Positions 1-12,395 of a stretch of 64,000 bases of DNA are shown here, one piece after another. Each line of letters opens with the position of its first letter. Position 1 is the stretch's first letter. Under the pieces are notes generated by a model. That model ran no database searches. It had not been told where the DNA came from and saw nothing but the letters and a program-made list of their open reading frames with translations. The stretch covers positions 1 to 64,000 of the forward strand of contig JAXLNO010000617.1 in assembly GCA_038087875.1 (NCBI GenBank). Reading direction: 5' to 3'. The translations under genes were made by a program, and so were the position numbers. Source of the stretch: Malacoraja senta. Taxonomy: Eukaryota.

Positions 1-464
1 CAGCTTTTACTCCAGAAATGCTGCCTGACCCACTGAGTTACTCCAGCTTTTTGTGTCTGTCTCCAGTTTAATCAACACCTGCAGTTCTGCCTTCCTCGCT
101 GCCTATTCTGTCCCATATACTGCCCCTCATCACCCTCCATTCTTGAGTCTCACAGCACCGTCTCATTCCCTACCTCGAGGAACCACCTTCTCTCGTGCTG
201 GGCATCCACGTGACGACCTCTCTCGACGTCCTGTCCAAGATGTTCTGTCTCCAGGATGGTCCTGAGGTCAACTAGCTGCTCCTCGTTCCCTAACGTGTGC
301 TTTAAGGAACTGCACCTGGTCACACGGGTGTGGTGTTGTCAGGTACCTGCAGTCCACCCCCCCTCCCCCACCCACTTCCCTCCCCACCTCTCCCCCCTCT
401 AGCCCCAACAGACCTGTGGTGGGGTCCGCACACAACACAGATCAACATCAGGCTCGAGATTGTT

Positions 465-1683
465 GGGGAGAGAGAGGGGGGGAGAGAGGGAGGGGAGAGA
501 GAGAGAGAGGGAGGGGAGAGAGAGAGAGAAGGGGGGGGGAGAGAAGCGGGAGGGAGAGAAGGGGGGGAGGGAGAGAAGGGGGGGAGAGAGAAGGGGGGGA
601 GAGAGAGAAGGGGGGGAGAGAGGAGGGGGGAGAGAGAAGGGGGAGAGAGAAGGGGGGGAAGAGAGAAGGGGGTGAGAGAGAAGGGGGGGAGAGAAGGGGG
701 GAGAGAGAACGGGGGAGAGAGAAGGGGGGGAGAGGAAGGGGGGCAGAGGAAGGGGGGGAGAGGGAAGGCTCGGAGAGGGAAGGGGGAGAGGGAAGGGGGG
801 AGAGGGAAGGGGGGAGGGTAGGGGGGGAGAGGAAAGGAGGTGCGAGGGAAGGGGGAGAGAGGGAAGGGGGGAAGAGAGGGAAGGGGGGAGAGAGGGAAAG
901 GGGAGAGAGAGGGAAAGGGGGTAGAGAGGGAAAGGGGGAGAGAGGGAAGGGAGAGAGGGAAGGGGGGAGGGAAGGGGGGGAGGGAAGGGGTGGTGAGAAG
1001 GGGGGTGAGAAGCGAGAAAGGGAAGGGGGAGGGAAGGGGGGGAGGGAAGGGGGAGAGGAGAGGGAAGGGGGAGGGGGAGGGGAGAGGGAAGGGGGAGGGG
1101 AGAGGGAAGGGGGGAGAGGGAATGGGGAGGGGAGAGGGAAGGGGAGGGGACAGGGAAGGGGAGGGGAGAGGGAAGGGGGAGGGGAGAGGGAAGGGGGAGT
1201 GGGAGAGGTAAGGGGGAGGGGTGAGGGAAGGGGGAGGAGATGGAAGACGGGGGAGGGAAGAGGGGGGAGAGGGAAGAGGGGGGAGAGGGAAGAGGGGGTA
1301 GGGAAGAGGGGGGAGAGGTAAGAGGGAAGAGGGGGGAGAGGGAAGTGGGGGAGAGGGAAGACGGGGGGGGAGGGAAGAGGGGGGAGGGAAGAGGGGGGAG
1401 AGGGAAGGGGGGGAGTGAAGGGGGGAGAGTGAATGAGGGGAGAGGGAAGGGGGAAGAGGGAAGGGGAGAGGGAAGGGGGAGAGGGAAGGGGGAAAGGGGA
1501 GTGGGGAGGGAAGGGGGGGAGAGGGAAAGGGGGGAGAGGGAGGGGGGAGAGGGAAGGGGGGAGAGGGAAGGGGGGAGAGGGAAGGGGGGAGAGGGAAGGG
1601 GGGAGAGAGAAGGGGAGAGGGAAGGGGGGAGAGGGAAGGGGGGAGAGGGAAGGGGGAAGAGGGAAGGGGGGGAGAGGGAAGGG
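465..1683. repeat. ~1.2 kb polypurine (G/A) low-complexity tract, GGGAAGGGGGGAGA-like units
   Basis: Almost exclusively G and A on + strand; the overlapping P/S/L- and G/E/R-rich ORFs are artefacts. Confidence 0.95.
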
Positions 1684-1934
1684 TGGAGAACACCATTGAG
1701 GCCATTCCTCAGCCTCTGTTGTTCCCTGCTGTCCCGCGGGTCACGGGGAGTTTCTCCCTCCTCCGATTGGTCCGAGTTCTTGTCCTCCAGGGACTGGTAA
1801 CCTTTGACCTTGTGTCAGGGATCATAGGTCAATCCCTGTAAACCTCTTCTGGACCCTCTCTCGAGAGCCTGCACATCCTTCCTCAGATACGGGGCCCAAA
1901 ACTTCTCACAATATTCCAAATGCTGCCTGACCAG

Positions 1935-2095
1935 CGCCTTGTAGAATCTCAACGTTACATCCCACCTTGTAGCTTCTCAACGTTACATCCCACCTTGTAG
2001 AATCTCACCATTACATCCCACCTTGTAGAGTCTCCAATACATCCCACCTTGTAGAATCTCACCATTACATCCCACCTTGTAGAGTCTCCAATAAA
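1935..2095. repeat. Short tandem repeat (~26-29 bp, CCACCTTGTAGAATCTCACCATTACATC-like) within a decayed CR1 fragment
   Basis: Repeated catcccaccttgtag units visible. Confidence 0.75.
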
Positions 2096-2520
2096 TCCCT
2101 GTTGTACACAAGCCCTCTGTAAATAAATGCCAGCATTGAGTTTGCTTTTGTTACTAATGATTCGACCGCAGATGAACATTTTGGGAATCCTGCACCAGTT
2201 ACACCTCTGAATTCCCAATTATGTCCCCATTTACAAAACAGTCTGCGCCTTTATTCCTGCGACCAGCATGCACGACTCCACACTTTGCTGCACCATGTTC
2301 CACCTGCCACTTCTCTGGGGCGGAGGGAGGAAGGGAGGGAGGGAGGGAGGGAGTGTGTGAGGGGACGGGGCGGGAGGGGGAGGAAGTGTGTAAGGGGGAG
2401 GGGGAGGAGGGGGAGTCTCTGGACGTGTCCATGAGGCTGTAACTGGAACATCGATCAGATGGGCAAGTCTACACAACCTTCACCTCACTGTCGTACAGCA
2501 CAGAAATCTGGCCCTTTTGC

Positions 2521-2825
2521 CACTGCAGCCATCACACTGGTCACTGATCTCTGGATCCAGGCTGTTTCTGCAGAGGCGAGGGTTTGAATCCCACCACTGC
2601 CCACTGTGTGTGGGTCAACCACACCACTCTGGCCGCTGCACCCACACACTGGGCAGTGGTGGGATTCAACCCATCGTCTCTGCGGAGCCTGGATCCAGAG
2701 AACAGTGTGTGGCTGCAGTGACCAGTGTGTGGCCGCAGTGACCAGTGTGTGGCCGCAGTGACCAGTGTATGGGCGCAGTGACCAGTGTGTGGGTGCAGTG
2801 ACCGCAGTGACCAGTGTGTGACCAC
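2521..2825. repeat. Imperfect inverted repeat (2521-2720) followed by 20-bp tandem repeat (CAGTGACCAGTGTGTGGCCG)
   Basis: ctctggatccaggct...gaatcccaccactgccca is mirrored by tgggcagtggtgggattc...agcctggatccagag. Confidence 0.75.
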
Positions 2826-2851
2826 AGTGAGTTAAGGGTTGAGGGTTGGGG

Positions 2852-4067
2852 TTTGACAATAGACAATAGGTGCAGGAGTAGAGGCCATTCACCCTTCGAG
2901 CCAGCACCGCCATTCAATGTGATCATGGCTGATCATCCCCAATCAGTACCCCGTTCCTGCCTTCTCCCCATATCCCCTGACTCCACTATTTTTAAGAGCC
3001 CTATCTAGCTCTCTCTTGAAAGTATCCAGAGAACCTGCCTCCACCGCCCTCTGAGGCTGAGAATTCCACAGACTCACCACTCTCTGTGAGAAAAAGTGTT
3101 TCCTCATCTCCGTTCTAAACGGCTTACCCCTTATTCTTAAACTGTGTGTGGCCCCTCATTCTGGACTCCCCCAACATCGGGAACATGTTTCCTGCCTCTA
3201 GCGTGTCCATACACCTTAATAATCTTACGTTTCAATAAGATACCCTCTCATCCTTCTAAATTCCAGAGTATGCAAGCCCAGCCGCTCCATTCTCTCAGCA
3301 TATGACAGTCCCACCATCCCGGGAATTAACCTTGTAAACATACGCTGGGCTCCCTCAATAGCAAGAATATCCTTCCTCAAATTAGGGGACCAAAACTGCA
3401 CACAATACTCCAGGTGTGGTCTCACGAGGACCCTGTACAACTGCAGAAGGACCTCTTTGCTCCTATTCTCAACTCCTCTTGTTATAAAGGCCAACATGCC
3501 ATTGGCTTTCTTCACTGCCTGCTGTACCTGCATGCTTACTTTCAGTGACTGATGAACTTGGTTTGATTTGGTTTATACTCTCTAGAATTTGGTTTATACT
3601 CTCTAGAATTTAGGAGATTGAGAGGGGATCTTGTAGAAACTTACAAAATTCTTAAGGGGTTGGACAGGCTAGATGCAGGAAGATTGCTCCCGATGTTGGG
3701 GAAGTCCAGGACAAGGGGTCACAGCTTAAGGATAAGGGGGAAATCCTTTAAAACCGAGATGAGAAGAACTTTTTTCACACAGAGAGTGGTGAATCTCTGG
3801 AACTCTCTGCCACAGAGGGTAGTCGAGGCCAGTTCATTGGCTATATTTAAGAGGGAGCTAGATGTGGCCCTTGTGGCTAAAGGGATAAGAGGGTATGGAG
3901 AGAAGGCAGGTACGGGATACTGAGGTGGATGATCAGCCATGATCATATTGAATGGCGGTGCAGGCTCGAAGGGCCGAATGGCCTACTCCTGCACCTAATT
4001 TCTATGTTTCTATGTTTCTATGTTTCTATGAACAAGGACCCCCAGAACCCGTTGTACTTCCCCATTT
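2852..4067 (-). mobile_element. CR1 LINE 3' fragment (RT C-terminus), interrupted by a second CR1
   Basis: ORF 3225-3533 VQQAVKKANGMLAFI...RPHLEYCVQFWSP; CTATTGT tail at 2852; element resumes at 4031. Confidence 0.9.
3558..4030 (+). mobile_element. 5'-truncated CR1 LINE nested in the opposite-strand CR1
   Basis: ORF RGDLVETYKILKG...TRGHSLRI; (TTTCTATG)n tail; ATGAAC at both junctions. Confidence 0.9.
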
Positions 4068-4592
4068 CACACAAGAGGTTAACAACTAGTTCACGTTAAC
4101 TTTCCTCAACCAAGTACAATGTAGAACCACTTTAAATTCCTCGCTGTCTTCTTAATCATAACAATTAGTCATCAACTGAAAACCAGTCTTCATAAAGTGC
4201 ACCAATTAAAACACAATTGGACATCTATCCAGGAACAAATTCATTCTTGCCACTGCCTTCATGAAGTAAATGGAACCACACCCAGAAATCAGTCTGAGGC
4301 TCCCAACCCAAAATCTCACCTATCCATGTTCTCCACAGATGCTGCCTGACCCGCTGAGTTACTCCAGCACTTTGTGTCTTGTTTTGTAAACCAGCACCTG
4401 CAGTTCCTTGATTTTCATCCCAAATCTTCCCTGGTTTCAGGGCTTTTACTAAATTTGGTATCTGTGCAACGGGTGCATTACGGGGAAAGGTAAAGGGTCA
4501 CAGAGCAACAAAGACCCATTTTGCAGTAAAGAGCACAATATCTAATTTGTAGACAGCGCTCCCAATGTGCAGTGAATTCACTAACAGGTCGC

Positions 4593-4735
4593 TCCAATCT
4601 GTGGTCAACACTCCCACCGTGTGGTGATCCACCGCACTGCAGGCCCGTCCAATTTGTGGTCAACACTCCCACCGTGTGGTGATCCACCGCACTGCAGGCC
4701 CGTCCAATTTGTGGTCAACACTCCCACCGTGTGGA
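4593..4735. repeat. 55-bp tandem repeat, ~2.6 copies
   Basis: tccaatttgtggtcaacactcccaccgtgtgg recurs at 4593, 4648 and 4703. Confidence 0.9.
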
Positions 4736-4739
4736 TTAA

Positions 4740-5340
4740 GAGAGAACTGCAGAAGCTGGAAAATCGAAGGTGGACAAAAATGCTGGAGTAACTCAGCGGG
4801 TGAGGCAGCATCTATGGAGAGAAGGAATAGGTGACGTTTCAGGTCGAGACCCTTCTTCAGACTGAAGTTGGGGTGGGGGTGCGGGAAAAAGGACGGAAAA
4901 GGCAGAGACAATAGGCTGTGGGAGAGCTGGGAAGGGAAAGGAGGGAGAAACCACTGAAATTGGAGAATGGGAAGATGAGGCCAGTGGTGGGATCCCGTTG
5001 GAGGTGGCAATAATGTTGGAAGATTATCTGTTGTATGTGACGGCTGGTAGGATGGAAGGTGAGGACATGGGGGACTGTGTCCTTGTTACGAGTAGGTGGA
5101 TGGGGAGTAAGAGCAGTGCTGCGGGATATAGAGAAGACTATGATAAGAGTGCTGGAGAAACTCAGCAGGTCAGGCATCATCTCTGGAGGAAACGGATGGG
5201 TGATATTTTGGGTAAGAACCCTTCTTCTATTCCATCCCAAAATCACTTGTTTCTCCAGAGATGTTGCCTGACCCACTCAGTCACTCCAGCAATGTGTCTA
5301 TCTTTGGTATAAAGCAGCATCTACATGTCTTGGTTTCTAC
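4740..5340 (-). mobile_element. Penelope-like element fragment with associated short terminal repeats
   Basis: RNKDTVPHVLTFHPTSRHIQQIIFQHYCHLQRDPTT resembles a vertebrate Penelope ORF; flanked by gatgctgcctcacccgctgagttactccagca motifs. Confidence 0.7.
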
Positions 5341-5702
5341 ATTTTACATCAGCCAGATTCAATTTCAGTTGTGATAATGTTAGGGTATCATCACTTTAGT
5401 AAAGATACATCCTTTTATTCTGACACTGTGCCCTCTGGTCCTAGACTCCCCCGCTAGTAGAAACATCCTTTTAGTTCGGAGATACAGCACAGAATCAGCA
5501 CAATTCCAGTTGCACCAGAAAAAAATAATCATTAAAAACCCTGGACACTTCAAATTACAACAATTGAAAGGAAAAGTCAGCAGAATTAATCAAAGAAGCA
5601 AACACAATTCAGAAGAGAGCGATAGTGTTCTCGCCGACCTCATGCCCTGGAGATGTAGATCCACATCAGACAAAAGGGGAGACTCCCTGTATCTACCCTG
5701 AG

Positions 5703-6097
5703 CACTGCTCCCATCCACAGCCCAGGACCACTGCACCCATCCACAGCCCAGGACCACTGCTCCCATTCACAGCCCAGGACCACTGCTCCCATCCACAGCC
5801 CAGGACCACTGCTCCCATCCACAGCCCAGGACCACTGCTCCCATCCACAGCCCAGGACCACTGCTCCCATCCACAGCCCAGGACCACTGCTCCCATCCAC
5901 AGCCCAGGATCACTGCTCCCATCCACAGCCCAGGACCACTGCTCCCATCCACAGCCCAGGACCACTGCTCCTATCCACAGCCCAGGACCACTGCTCCCAT
6001 CCACAGCCCAGGACCACTGCTTCCATCCACTGCCCAGGACCACTGCTCCCATCCACAGCCCAGGACCACTGCTCCCATCCACAGCCCAGGACAACTG
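5703..6097. repeat. 26-bp minisatellite (CCCAGGACCACTGCTCCCATCCACAG), ~15 copies
   Basis: Direct tandem units; 26-aa (3-unit) periodicity in the translated ORF. Confidence 0.95.
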
Positions 6098-6334
6098 CAC
6101 TCAGACACTCCCACAACTCCCCCTTTTATACACAGCAGCTGACAATTTTCTAATCAGCTTCAATCAAGCTGATTACCACATTCAACATTCGCCCACCAGT
6201 GGCCAATCAATGTTTGTTGCACCCATCACGATATCCACCTGGGGCAGTGTTTGTCTGCAGGACAATAATTGCCCTCCGACTTGTTGCTTTTTACACAAAG
6301 TGGCTGCTTGCATTTCCTTAAGTCAGAGACGACA

Positions 6335-6805
6335 CAAAGAAACAGAATTAGGCCATTCAGCCCATCGAGTCTACCCCACTATTCAATCATGGCTGATCTA
6401 TCTCTCCTAACCCCATTCTCCTGCCTTCTCCCCATAACCCCTGACACCCGCACTCATCAACAATCTATCTATCTCTGCCTTAAATATATCCACTGACTTG
6501 TGGCCTCCACCGCCATCTGTAGCAATGAATCCCACAGATTCACCACCCTCTGGCTAAAGAATTTCCTCCTCATCTCCTTCCTAAAGGAAAGTACTTTAAA
6601 TCTGAGGCTGTGCCCTCTGGTCCTAGACTCTCCCACTAGTGGAAACATCCTCTCCACATCCACTCTATCCGGGCCTTTCACTGTTCGGTGACGTTTCAAT
6701 GCCCCCCCTCCCCAATCTTCTAAACTCCAGCGAGTACAGGCCCAGCGCCGACAAACGCTCATCGTACGTTCACCCACTCGTTCCTGGGATCGTTCTTGTA
6801 AACGC
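6335..6805 (-). mobile_element. CR1 LINE 3' fragment
   Basis: VDVERMFPLVGESRTRGHSLR...FFSQRVVNLW. Confidence 0.85.
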
Positions 6806-7507
6806 TAACTCTTTTGTCTTGCTGATGTTGAGGGATGGATTGTTATCCTGACCATAGGTGCAGGAGTGGGCCATTCGGCCCTTCACGACAGAAGGTTCTC
6901 AATGTCTTTCCCATATTCTATCTCATCTTTGCTGCTCATGTGGCTGAAATACTGTTCTGACCAGTGGACGGACGTCTGGATCCCACTGGCCTGAGACCCG
7001 GCCACAAGTTGTGGGTGGCAAGGGCATGACCCCGAGGGACATTGGTGTCAAGGGTCACGGTGGAGGGAATGTGCTGACCAATTCTAACGTCTGAGAAGTG
7101 AAAAGTAAACTTTCTTTATTAACAATGAATGACCCAGAGAAAGGAGAATGTTACTCTTGGAAGTTCATAGAGTCACAGCATGGAAACAGGCCCTTCCTTC
7201 GGCCCAACTTGCCCAACCCGACCAACATGCTCCATCTACACTTGTCTCACCCCGACCAACATGCCCCATCTACACTAGTCCCACCTGCCCGCGTTTGGCC
7301 CATATCCCTCCAAACCTGTCCTATCCAAGTGTCTCTTAAACATTGTGATAGTCCCAGCCTCTACTACCTCCTCCAGCAGCTCATTCCATACACCCACCAC
7401 CCTCTGTGTGGAAAAGTTGCCCCTCAGATTGACATTATTAATGTGAACCATTTGTGCACAACTCTGCTGGTGTGAGTAATAAATGAAATGATAGATAGCA
7501 AAAATAC

Positions 7508-7803
7508 ACAGTGGTGCAGCGGTAGAGTTGCTGCCTCACAGCGCCAGAGACCCGGGTTCCATCCTGAATACGGGAGCTGTCTGTACGGAGTTTGCACGTT
7601 CTCCCCGTGACCGGCATGGGTTTTCTCCGGGTGCTCCGGTTTCCTTCCGCATTCGAAAGACCTGCTGGTTTGTAGGTTAATTGGCTTCTGTAAAATTGTC
7701 CCTAATGTGTGTAGGATGGAGTTAGTGTACGGGGTGATCACTGGTCGGCGATGACTCGATGTGCCGAAGGGCCTGTTTCCGCGCAGTATCCCTAAAATCT
7801 AAA
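7508..7803 (+). mobile_element. tRNA-derived SINE (HE1-like)
   Basis: A/B-box-like head ggtgcagcggtagagttgctgcctcacagcgccagagacccgggttccatcc; 3' end gccgaagggcctgtttccgcgcagtatc. Confidence 0.8.
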
Positions 7804-9119
7804 CAATATCCGGTGACTTGGCCTCCACCGCCCTCTGTGGCAATGAATTCCAGATTCACCACCCTCCGGCTAAAGAAATTCCTCCTCATCTCCTTTCTAT
7901 AGGCATGAGTGGGAAAGGCAGTGAGGGTGAGGGGCCAGACGTGGGCATGTGGGACTAGCTTCGATAGGCATGGCTGTGTGTTTCTGTGCTGTGGGACTGA
8001 TGGGGCTACACAGGGTAGTAGTTTGATGCTTCAGCCTGCAGCAACCCAGGAGAACTGTGTTCCAGATGCTTCATTAGTTTGTTGTTCTGCACATCGATCG
8101 GGAGACGATGAAATCTCCCGTTCACATGCAGCCGCCAGAGCAAACAGTATACATACAGTGATGACAAACGCAATAAATGCAATCTCCAGTGCAGAACAGT
8201 GCAAGATTGTGTTGCAGAAAGCCCGGAGTTGCACGGACGAGAGGGGCCGAAGGGCCTGTCGCCGGGCAGGGCGACCACCGACGCTGTCCGTGTGGAGTTT
8301 GCACATTTCCCCCTCCGTGGTGGACCAGATGCGGGTCAGGGCAGGGGAGACGAGCTCAACCTTCCAAGCCTCAATCCAAGCTCAGCCTTCCTCCCGCGCA
8401 TCCTAGCCACGACGGGCCGAGTGCCGCCGCCTTCCTCCCCGGACAACAACCGAGGGGAAAAACACAGACAAAACCTCTTCCAACCACCCGAATCCCTCAG
8501 GGAATGCGCCTGTCCTGTCCTGTCTTTGAAATCAAGCCGTCACAATTGTGCACGATCAGTCAGCATTATCCTTTTTTTTAATATATAGACGAAAGCTGAT
8601 CAAGTTCAAGTTGGAATTTATTGTCACATGCACCAATTATGGTACAGTGATATTTGAGTTACCATACAGACATACTGAGTAAATAGCAACAAGACACACA
8701 GCCACATAAAATAAAATCTAACATAAACATCCACACACCGGAATCACATTGAATGGCGGTGCTGGCTGGAAGGGCCAAAGTTCTCACCGTGGATGGCTGA
8801 CCTGCTGAGTACTACCGGCACTTTGGAGGGAATTGGACAGGCGAAGTGTCGGGTCTGGACCCTTCTTTGGGCTGATGGAGTCGGGGGAGAAAGCTGGAAT
8901 AAAGAGATGCGGTTGGGACAGACTCCAGGACTTGATTAGGAGGGGGAGGTTTCCTTAATTTGGAGAATTCAATGTTCATGTCATTGGGCTGTAAGCTATG
9001 AGGTGCTGTTCCTCCAGTTTGCGTGTCACCTCACTCTGGCAATGGAGGAGGCCCAGCACAGAAACATCAGTGTGGGAGTAGAAAGGGGAGTTAAAATGGT
9101 TGGGAACCGGGAGATCCAG

Positions 9120-12100
9120 TTCTGACCTTCTCCATAATTATATTGAAACTAATGGTATTGTGATCACTGGACCGGAAGTGCTCCCCAACACATACCTCCG
9201 TCAACTGACCTGTCTCATTTCCTAACAGGAGGTCCAGCACTGCCCCTTCTCTAGTAGGTACCTCTATGTATTGCTGCAAAAAACTATCTTGCACACATTT
9301 TACAAACTCCAAACCATCCAGCCCTTTTACAGAATATGTTTCCCTGTCTATGTGGCCCGTAAATCCCTACTCTGTGTTTCCTGTCTGCCAACCAATTTTC
9401 TATCCGTGTCAGCACTCTACCCCCAATGCCCTTTGCCCTAAATTTGCCCACTAATATCCTATGTGGGACCTTATCAAATGCTTTCTGAAAGTCCAGGTAC
9501 ACTACATCCACTGGCTCTCCCTTGTCCATTTTCCTAGTTACAGCCTCAAAAAATTCCAGAAGATTAGTCAAGCATGATTTCCCCTTCGTAAATCCATGCT
9601 GACTTGGACCGATCCTGTTACTGCTATCCAAATGTTCGGCTATCTCATCTTTTATAATTGACTCCAGCATCTTCCCCACCACCGATGTCAGGCTAACTGG
9701 TCTATAATTCCCTGTTTTCTCTCTCCCGCCTTTCTTAAAAAGTGGGATAACATTAGCTACCCTCCAATCCACAGCAACTGATCCTGAATCTATGGAACAT
9801 TGGAAAATGATCACCAATGTGCCCACAATTTCTAGACCCACTTCCTTAAGTACTCTGGGATGCAGACCATCAGGCCCAGGGGATTTATCATCCCAGGGCT
9901 CGAAATTAGAGGTTGCCCGGGTGCCACTGACCACTCAAAGCGCCGCCGGGCAACATAAACACCGAGTTATTTTGCCCGGCTTGGCAACCAGATACTGGTT
10001 TGTACCAAAGATAGACACAAAAAACTGGAGTAACTCCGCGGGTCAGGCAGCATCTCTGGAGAAAAGGAACGCGATGTTTAGTGTTGGCGGCGGCGGCCGT
10101 GCGGGGCAAAGATACGAGGTGCGGGGTGACGAAGGTATGGAGCGATTGACGGGCCCCGAACAGCGGCAGCAGCGGCTCCATGTCCTTTTCCTCCCGTCCC
10201 ACGCCCGCCCTGATAAGGGCCGCTGCTTGTAAATCCGCTAACGGCGATAATCGCTTTCAAAACAAACCCTCCCGCACGCCGAGGCCGGGAGGGAGGGAGG
10301 GAGAGGCCTCGGAGTGCGGGGTTTGTTTTGCGCCGTTACCGGATGTACAAGCAGAGGCCCTGATCAGGGTGGGCGGGGTGCGGAAGGAGGAGATGGAGCC
10401 GCCGTCCCGGCCGCTGCTGCCGCTGCTGCCGCTGTTCGGGGCCCGTCATTCGCTCCGACTTGTTTGAAGCAGCTGCACCAAAGATCTTATAGGTATAAGG
10501 TCTCTGAGCTGCACCTTGCTGTTGGCTGGCGGAGGAGGGAGGCGGTGGCGAGGAGTACCCAACGGCCAAGGCAGCGGGGCGATGTTGTCCGAGGAGCGCT
10601 GACCTTAGTGCCTCCCCACCTCGCCCCCCCTCTCCCTCTCGCTTGTACGCTCCCTCCACCCCCTTATCCTGGGACCCCTCTACTCCATCCCGCACTGATC
10701 CCCATTCCCTCCTCTATTCAGTCCTCACTGACATCCCCTGTGCTCCCCTCCACATCTACTCCCCCCCATCTATTCATCCTGCGCTGATCACCCTATCCAT
10801 CTCGCATTGATTCTCCTGCCACACCCCCCCCCCATCCATACTACACTGGTTCCCCAATTCACCCTGTACTTACTCCTTTCCCATCCATCCTGCACTTCAC
10901 CTCCATCCATCCTGTACTGATCTGCCATCCATGCTGTACTAATCCACGCATTCATCCCGTACTGACCCACCCTCCATTTACCCTGCACCTTCCCCCTTCC
11001 CCTCATTCATCCTGTAGTGATCTCCCATTCATCCTGCTCACCCTCCGATCCACACTGTACTGACCCCCCATTCATCCTGCTTTGATCTCCCCCCATTCAT
11101 CCTGCGCTGATCTCCCCCCCCATCCATCCTGTACTGATCCTCCCATTCAAGAAGAATGGGGGGAAGTCTGAAGAAGGGTCTCGACCTGAAACGTAGCCTA
11201 TTTTCTTCGCTCCATAGATGCTGCCTCACCCGCTGAGTTTCTCCAGCACTTTTGTCTACCCCCATCCATCTCGTACTGAACCCCCCCATTCAACACCACT
11301 GACATCCCCGGTGCTCTCCCCTCACAATTTTACCAACTCCAACCAACACGTACTAATTCACCTGCCTCAATCCATCCATTCTGCACCAACTGCCTTCTAA
11401 CCCCCCCACCTATCCACCCCGCACTGATTCACACACACACCCCTCCCTGACCTTATTGTGCTGGAAATGTCTTCAGAGCGAACATTGACTGTTTGATAAC
11501 GGAATGCAATCAAATGTGTTTTATTTCCCAATGTTATTATTTGTTTTAATCCATAAAGATGGATTAATTAAATTGTGAACACGTGAAACATTACAACCGC
11601 AGTGTTCGATTGTCACTGCTACTGTTGACAGGTTATTACAGAATTCATTTTAACGGCAAATCAATGCTCTTAATATGGAGTATCAGTACTGTAGTTATTT
11701 AATGAGCAACATTCATAACTATACGTACGCATATATGTTACCATGGTCCAGGATTTATTGACACAGGTTGATAATACGCTGAATAATCCAACCACATTTT
11801 TGTTTGGAAGTGGAAAGAACTAATAGTAATTGCATTAATTGCAATGTGTAAAAAGAGTTGAGATACTGTCTTATAATTTTGCTGCGTGTCATTGTGGGAT
11901 ATATCATGTCTTGATTGGTGAATATGTTTAGTTTGTGACTTTATTTGAAGCAGAAATAATATGTGAATGCTTCATTGAGTATAATTCCGACTGGTAACTA
12001 CGCACTTCGTCTGAGCACATTATCGCAAGCGTCATGCAAGCCATCTTATATGACCACCTAAACTGTCTTTTGGCAACCTAAAAAGCTGCCAAGGCTGCCC

Positions 12101-12395
12101 GGATGGCAACAGGGAAAAAAAGTTAAGCGAGAGCCCTGCATCCTTCAGTCCCATCAGTCTATCCAACACCATTTCCTGCCTAATGTGGATTTCCTTCAGT
12201 TCCTCCGTCACCCCAGATCCTCTGGCCACTAGTACATCAGGAAGATTGTTTGTGTCCTCCTTAGTGAAGACGGATCCAAAGTACCTGTCAACTCATCAGC
12301 CATTTCCTTGTTCCCCATAATAAATTCACCTTTTTCAGTCTTCAAGAGTCCAACTTTGGTCTTAACTAATGTTTTCCTCTTCACGTACGTAAAGA
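9120..12395 (-). mobile_element. CR1 LINE ORF2 fragment split by a DNA transposon (CR1 parts 9120-9893 and 12139-12395)
   Basis: ORF 9284-9934 KSPGPDGLHPRVLKE...NYRPVSLTS...YLDFQKAFDKVPH; sequence continues after 12138 as in the uninterrupted CR1 at ~54318. Confidence 0.9.
9894..12138. mobile_element. Non-autonomous TIR DNA transposon (hAT-like CAGGGCTC termini), 5-bp TSD CATCC
   Basis: CAGGGCTC at 9894 and GAGCCCTG ending 12138; CATCC at 9889-9893 and 12139-12143; subterminal ggttgccc/ggcaac motifs. Confidence 0.85.

Noticed and set aside
320..1800. Long Pro-rich and Gly/Glu/Arg-rich ORFs
   Set aside because: Translations of the polypurine low-complexity tract
5625..6410. 261-aa repetitive ORF; CRISPR-like appearance
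   Set aside because: Spacer-less 26-bp minisatellite in a vertebrate context
7508..7580. tRNA gene
   Set aside because: tRNA-like head continues into a SINE body repeated elsewhere in the window
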